The notes below the pieces were generated by a model that worked only from the letters and a program-made list of their open reading frames with translations, searched no databases and was not told where the DNA came from. From a virus (Duplodnaviria > Caudoviricetes), in IMG/VR virus record IMGVR_UViG_3300021255_004427, positions 32,001 through 96,000 of that record: a stretch of 64,000 bases of DNA. One strand, given 5' to 3'. Positions 59,171-64,000 of the stretch are shown piece after piece. The position numbers and the translations under genes were made by a program. Each line of letters opens with the position of its first letter. Position 1 is the first letter of the stretch.

Positions 59171-59956
59171 ATGTCAGATACACAAGAAGAGAAGGAATTT
59201 CTCAAGAACTACGATGCGGCACAGTATGAAAGACCATCCGTAACAGCAGATGTTGTTATTTTTACTGTAGACAGAGATAACGAATTAAGTATCCTGTTGA
59301 TAAAGCGCGGAGGGCATCCTTTTAAGGACCATTGGGCTATCCCAGGTGGATTTCTTGAGGCTGGAAAAGAATCCATTGATGAGGCAGCCGCCCGCGAGCT
59401 GTACGAGGAAACGGGAATAAAGGTTTCTAATGGTATTGAACTTAGGCAGCTTATCACAGTTGGTGAACCGGATCGCGACCCGAGAACACATGTCGTAAGC
59501 GTAGTTTATACGGCATTGGTTCCCAAAGGGCTTCTGCATATAAAAGCAGGGGATGATGCAAAAGAAGCACAGCTTTTTAAAATCCGCAGTTGGTTCGACG
59601 AAGAAGGAAACCGCAGGCTGCGTCTTGTTGGTGATAAGATTTCACTTACCACGGATAACCTTGCATTCGATCATGCCCGCATTATAAAAATTGCATTGGA
59701 AAGGCTTAGGGGGCGGTTAGAATATACGGACGACGCCTTCGCAATGCTCAAGAATAAAAAATGTTTTAAGATTTACGAGCTCAAGAAAATTCACGAAACC
59801 ATTTTACAAAAAGTAATCGACAGAGCGAACTTCCGTAAAATGTTTATTCGAAACTTTGTCGATACCGGTAAAGTTAGAGAATTAAAAAAAGATGAAGTTG
59901 AAGGTGCTGTAAAAACAGCAATGTATATGTATGTTGGAGGAAATGAGCATGAGTAA
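59171..59956 (+). CDS. nrtR: NrtR family Nudix-wHTH transcriptional regulator
   Basis: YERPSVTADVVIF, WAIPGGF, RELYEETG, PDRDPR, LAFDH and C-terminal wHTH DRANFRK. Confidence 0.9.
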   Translation: MSDTQEEKEFLKNYDAAQYERPSVTADVVIFTVDRDNELSILLIKRGGHPFKDHWAIPGGFLEAGKESIDEAAARELYEETGIKVSNGIELRQLITVGEPDRDPRTHVVSVVYTALVPKGLLHIKAGDDAKEAQLFKIRSWFDEEGNRRLRLVGDKISLTTDNLAFDHARIIKIALERLRGRLEYTDDAFAMLKNKKCFKIYELKKIHETILQKVIDRANFRKMFIRNFVDTGKVRELKKDEVEGAVKTAMYMYVGGNEHE

Positions 59957-60500
59957 AAAAGTATTGATTGTTGTTGACATGCAGAACGATTTTATCGATG
60001 GTGCGCTGGGCACTAAAGAAGCCGAGGCCATTGTCGATAACGTAGCCAAGAAGGTTGCGGAGGCAAAAAAGAACGGCGATATCATTATCTTCACGCAGGA
60101 TACACATACGGAAGATTACCTCAACACGCAGGAAGGTAAGAATCTGCCGGTGCCTCACTGTATTAAAGGAACAGATGGCTGGAAGATAACCAACAAGATT
60201 GACATTCCTGAAGAACACCTGATATACGAAAAAGGCTCCTTCGGCTCTGGTGAACTTGGCAAAGACCTCTCCAATAGCGAGAAGGAAATCAGTGCGATTG
60301 AATTTGTCGGGCTTTGCACAGATATCTGCGTACTGTCCAACGCAGTAATTGCAAAAGCGGCACTGCCGGAAGTTCCCATCACAGTAGATGCTGCATGCTG
60401 CGCAGGCGTAACGCCGAAGAGCCATGATGAAGCTCTTGGCGCATTGCAGATGATTCAGGTAAAAGTCGTAAACCAAGGGCAGGAACCCTGGAGGGCATAA
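59949..60500 (+). CDS. pncA: Nicotinamidase (isochorismatase family)
   Basis: VVDMQNDF, DTH, PHC, EK and TDICV catalytic/metal residues; operon context; start set from the GGAGG at 59936. Confidence 0.88.
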   Translation: MSKKVLIVVDMQNDFIDGALGTKEAEAIVDNVAKKVAEAKKNGDIIIFTQDTHTEDYLNTQEGKNLPVPHCIKGTDGWKITNKIDIPEEHLIYEKGSFGSGELGKDLSNSEKEISAIEFVGLCTDICVLSNAVIAKAALPEVPITVDAACCAGVTPKSHDEALGALQMIQVKVVNQGQEPWRA

Positions 60501-60501
60501 A

Positions 60502-61038
60502 ATGCGCGTCGGAATTTACTTTGGTTGCTTTATCCCGCTTCATAAGGGACATGAAGCAATAATTAAAACAGCCCTAGCCGAAAATGACCATTTAATTCTG
60601 GGCGTTTGTGGGTATGATAATGACCGTGGCCATGATTATGTTCCGTTTCGGCAGCGTATCAATCTTATATCAAAGATATATGGCCGGCGCAAGAATATGA
60701 CTCTAGCGGTTGTAGATGATAAGAAAATCGGCCTTAAAGGGACATTTAGTTTAAACGCCTGGGAAATCTGGTGCAACGAACTATTCAAAAACTCTGGGTT
60801 TGACCCTAGTGACAAGGCAAATCAATACGTCTGGTATTCTGGCGAAAAGGATTATCTGGAGAAGATACAACAGCTATATCCCAGCCACGAAATGCGGCTC
60901 ATTTCCAGAGACGTAATTCCGATTTCGGGAACGGAAATCAGGGCCAATACCAGTAAATATATCACGCATATTAATCCGTTATTTGCTTTGTACTTAGCAG
61001 CACGGGAATTATTGGAGGACAATAAACATGAAGTTTAA
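60502..61038 (+). CDS. HxGH nucleotidyltransferase, probable NaMN/NMN adenylyltransferase (NadM/NadR-like)
   Basis: GCFIPLHKGH and ISGTEIR motifs; lies between pncA and pncB. Confidence 0.75.
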   Translation: MRVGIYFGCFIPLHKGHEAIIKTALAENDHLILGVCGYDNDRGHDYVPFRQRINLISKIYGRRKNMTLAVVDDKKIGLKGTFSLNAWEIWCNELFKNSGFDPSDKANQYVWYSGEKDYLEKIQQLYPSHEMRLISRDVIPISGTEIRANTSKYITHINPLFALYLAARELLEDNKHEV

Positions 61039-62245
61039 TCAGATTATCAATTCTCTCTTGGAAACTGACCTTTACAAATTTAGCATGGGGCAGGCAATTT
61101 TCCATCAGGCCAGCGAATATGAAACCACTTGGTCTTTTAAATGCCGCAATAAAGACGTATTCTTTACGCCGGAAATGGTTGAAGAAATCCGTGAGCAGAT
61201 AAAAGCATTCTGCGGCCTGCGTTTCACGGAGGATGAGCTTCAGTATCTGGCCGGAATCAAATGGCTAAAGAAGTCTTATATCAACCATCTGCGCCTGTGG
61301 CGGCCCAACTTTGAGGATTTCGATATCAAGGCGGGCGGCGAAAAGGGCCTTATTCTTGAGGCCAAAGGCACGCTTCTGGATACATCTATGTATGAAATCC
61401 CGACTCTGGCCATTGTCAACGAGGTATATTACCGGTTCCGTGACGACTACGCATTGCTCGTTGAAGACTCCAAGGCTCGTACGCGGGCAAAAGCAGAAAA
61501 GATTCAGATGGGCAAGTATTGGCTGCCGGTATTCTCTGAATTCGGTCTGCGCCGCCGTCTTTGTGCAGAAGCGCAGGAATTTGCTGTAGAAACATTCTCC
61601 AAGCTGGATTGCCATGATGTTCTGCGCTCCTATTTTGTCGGCACCTCCAACGTTTATCTGGCCAAGAAATATGGCGTAACGCCGGTAGGCACGATGGCAC
61701 ATGAATGGATTATGTGCATGGGACAGGGCAATCACCTGTACAATCCTTCCTATTCTAACAAAGTAGCATTGGAAGCCTGGGTAAGAGAGTACGGCGTAGA
61801 TAATGGTATCGCACTTACCGATACGATTACGACGGACTGTTTCCTGCGCGATTTCAACAAGACGCTGGCTACGCTTTTCAGCGGTGTGCGCCATGACTCC
61901 GGTGACCCGTTTGTATGGGGCGACAAGATGATTGACCACTACACTCGCCTTGGCATTGACCCGATGACAAAGACGCTGTTGTTCTCTGATTCTCTGAACT
62001 TTGAGAAGGCAGATAAGATTGCTCATTATTTCGATGGCAAGGCTAAAGTAGCTTTCGGTATTGGTACATTTATTGCCAACGACACCTATGCTGAGCCCTT
62101 GAACATTGTCATGAAAGTGACGGAATGCAATGGCAGCCCGGTTGCAAAAATCTCCGATACCGTCGGCAAAGGGATGTGCAAGAGTCAGGAATATGTGGAC
62201 TACCTGCAGAGAGCTATTGACTGGCGCCTGAAGAATAAAGACTAA
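61028..62245 (+). CDS. pncB: Nicotinate phosphoribosyltransferase
   Basis: LLETDLYK, EFGLRRR, GTSNV, GTMAHE, RHDSGD, FSDSL, FGIGT. Confidence 0.93.
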   Translation: MKFNQIINSLLETDLYKFSMGQAIFHQASEYETTWSFKCRNKDVFFTPEMVEEIREQIKAFCGLRFTEDELQYLAGIKWLKKSYINHLRLWRPNFEDFDIKAGGEKGLILEAKGTLLDTSMYEIPTLAIVNEVYYRFRDDYALLVEDSKARTRAKAEKIQMGKYWLPVFSEFGLRRRLCAEAQEFAVETFSKLDCHDVLRSYFVGTSNVYLAKKYGVTPVGTMAHEWIMCMGQGNHLYNPSYSNKVALEAWVREYGVDNGIALTDTITTDCFLRDFNKTLATLFSGVRHDSGDPFVWGDKMIDHYTRLGIDPMTKTLLFSDSLNFEKADKIAHYFDGKAKVAFGIGTFIANDTYAEPLNIVMKVTECNGSPVAKISDTVGKGMCKSQEYVDYLQRAIDWRLKNKD

Positions 62246-62248
62246 GGG

Positions 62249-63028
62249 GTGTTTTACTTGTATCCTGAATTTGATGCGAAGAAAGATAAAGAAAAGATTA
62301 TCAGCTTTTTGAGAAATTGGTTTGCCGAAAACGGCACACCGGAAACAAAAGCTGTAATAGGTATTTCCGGAGGCAAGGATTCCTCTATTGCTGCAGCACT
62401 TTGCGTAGAAGCGCTGGGGGAAGATAATGTCATCGGAGTTCTTATGCCCAATGGCATCCAGCCAGACATTGACGATGCGCTTGAGGTGGTAAAACATCTT
62501 GGTATCAAATATCGCATTGTCAATATTGAATCGTCGTACAAAGCTATGCTTAAAGCGCTGCAGTATACCGAGGCTAAAGTTGACAACAACTTCCATTTTT
62601 CAGTTACAGACCAGCTTCTTCAGAATCTTGCGCCAAGGTTACGGATGGCAACGTTATATGCTATAGCGCAGGGAGTAGAAGGTGGTGGTCGAGTTATCAA
62701 TACCTGCAATCGTTCTGAAGATTATGTAGGTTATTCGACAAAGTTCGGTGATAGCGCCGGCGACGTTTCCCCGCTTGGCGCTTATACTGTAGATGAAGTC
62801 CTGGCCATCGGAGCACTTTTGGACATTCCGGAAAGACTGGTACACAAAGCACCGTCTGACGGGCTTTGTGGTAAAACCGATGAAGATAACCTGGGCTTTA
62901 CCTATGCTGTTTTGGACAAGTACATAAAAACCGGCGAATGTGAGGATGAGCTGGTGCAGAAGCGAATTGACGAGCTGCATTATATCAATCTTCACAAACT
63001 CAAGCCAATGCCAATGGTTAAACGGTAA
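62249..63028 (+). CDS. nadE: NH3-dependent NAD+ synthetase
   Basis: GISGGKDS, RLRM, NRSE..VGYSTKFGD, KAPSDGL, TDEDNLG; no glutaminase domain. Confidence 0.93.
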   Translation: MFYLYPEFDAKKDKEKIISFLRNWFAENGTPETKAVIGISGGKDSSIAAALCVEALGEDNVIGVLMPNGIQPDIDDALEVVKHLGIKYRIVNIESSYKAMLKALQYTEAKVDNNFHFSVTDQLLQNLAPRLRMATLYAIAQGVEGGGRVINTCNRSEDYVGYSTKFGDSAGDVSPLGAYTVDEVLAIGALLDIPERLVHKAPSDGLCGKTDEDNLGFTYAVLDKYIKTGECEDELVQKRIDELHYINLHKLKPMPMVKR

Positions 63029-63033
63029 TCAGC

Positions 63034-63065
63034 AAAAAGCTTCTATCGAATGATAGAGGCTTTTT
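63034..63065 (+). terminator. Terminator closing the NAD operon
   Basis: AAAAAGCTTCTATC-gaat-GATAGAGGCTTTTT. Confidence 0.8.
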
Positions 63066-63147
63066 ATTTATCCGTGGACTAAAGCATTCCAGATGGTAAT
63101 GTCTGGACTAGATAAAATTCGGAAAATACCAGATAGGAAGGAAAACA

Positions 63148-63936
63148 ATGCGTACAGCTGAAGATATAAATTTAAGTATAAAAGATAGTTTTTATAAGTT
63201 AACCGGGCGGGAATACCGGTCGGGAAGCGCACTGGGGTTTATTACGGACGCTGTGTCGCGCGAAATGGAAACGGCTCATCTTGAAATCGAGCGCAATAAG
63301 AATCCCCATATCTATACAAATCTATACGGGGAAGACCTTGATAAAATGGGGACATTTGTAAATGTTCCTCGCGAAGCCGGCGAAGATGATATGACATACC
63401 TGTACAGGATTATGAATTGGACATATTTAAAAGCAGGGGCAAATAATATTGCTGTAAACGACTCTTTGCTTAACCTGGAGTATGCTTCCGATGCCCAATA
63501 CTATCCGAAACTTCATGGCGCGGGAACGGGTGTTATTTACATTATCCCAACAGAGTATAGCGACGATATTATGGCAAAGGCGTTGGCCGAGGTAAAAAAG
63601 CGGGTTGAAAATGTTATTTCGCCAGAGTCTTATACGGAATATATTATTCCCACGGCGGTGCCGGTTAATCTGGTATGCCACTTAGAAGTAAACGGCGGCG
63701 ATGTTTCTTACATTAAGGATAAGATTTCAGAGGCGCTAAAAGAATACATCAATGGGATTGCTCCAAACACCTACCTGTCCGTCGGCGAAATGAACCGGAT
63801 TGGGCTGGAAATGGATAATGTTGATTTCTTCTCGATAGATGGAGTCTATCTTAACGAGGAATACAATACTGATACAAAAATACTGCAAGAGCTAGAAACT
63901 AAAATGTTATTTCAGGAAATAAGCTGGGAGGATTAA
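63148..63936 (+). CDS. Baseplate J-like wedge protein
   Basis: GEDLDKMG...VPREAGEDDMTYLYRI and GAGTGVIYIIP patterns. Confidence 0.7.
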   Translation: MRTAEDINLSIKDSFYKLTGREYRSGSALGFITDAVSREMETAHLEIERNKNPHIYTNLYGEDLDKMGTFVNVPREAGEDDMTYLYRIMNWTYLKAGANNIAVNDSLLNLEYASDAQYYPKLHGAGTGVIYIIPTEYSDDIMAKALAEVKKRVENVISPESYTEYIIPTAVPVNLVCHLEVNGGDVSYIKDKISEALKEYINGIAPNTYLSVGEMNRIGLEMDNVDFFSIDGVYLNEEYNTDTKILQELETKMLFQEISWED

Positions 63937-64000
63937 AACACATGAGCTTGTCTATGGAATCTGTCTTGCCGAGCATGAAGCGAAGCTTCCCCAGCTGGTC

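Noticed and set aside
61265-62596. 443-aa antisense ORF across pncB/nadE
   Set aside because: Overlaps two well-supported enzymes and has no motif support.
63942-64000. ORF start at the right edge
   Set aside because: Only about 19 codons are visible; too short to call.

Overview
This window is the virion morphogenesis region of a large contractile-tailed (myovirus-like) phage that also carries plasmid maintenance functions, so it is probably a phage-plasmid. A Firmicutes-type host is suggested by the GGAGG RBSs and sigmaA-like promoters. Order on the + strand: probable terminase C-terminus, Gly/Pro-rich muramidase-like protein, portal, prohead protease/scaffold, head protein, major capsid, neck genes, sheath, tail tube plus paralogs, tail chaperones, three giant proteins (2230, 3102 and 2922 aa), spike-like protein, NlpC/P60 lysin and baseplate genes. 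Three blocks are inserted into this run: (i) parA/parB; (ii) an RNA ligase, a tube-like gene, an ORF-less IS200/IS605 mini-element and a Rep_3-type initiator with an iteron/DnaA-box origin; (iii) a complete NrtR-controlled NAD+ salvage operon (nrtR-pncA-adenylyltransferase-pncB-nadE) between two baseplate genes. Highlights not evident from the ORF track: a 260-nt group I intron splits the main tail tube gene; the 3102-aa protein has two-barrel RNA polymerase motifs (RQP...NGDKDGD) fused to a DEDDh exonuclease; its giant neighbours carry HNH and thermonuclease domains; and the NAD+ operon could be an ADP-ribose-inducible counter to NAD-depleting defences. All product calls come from reading motifs by eye; no database searches were run.
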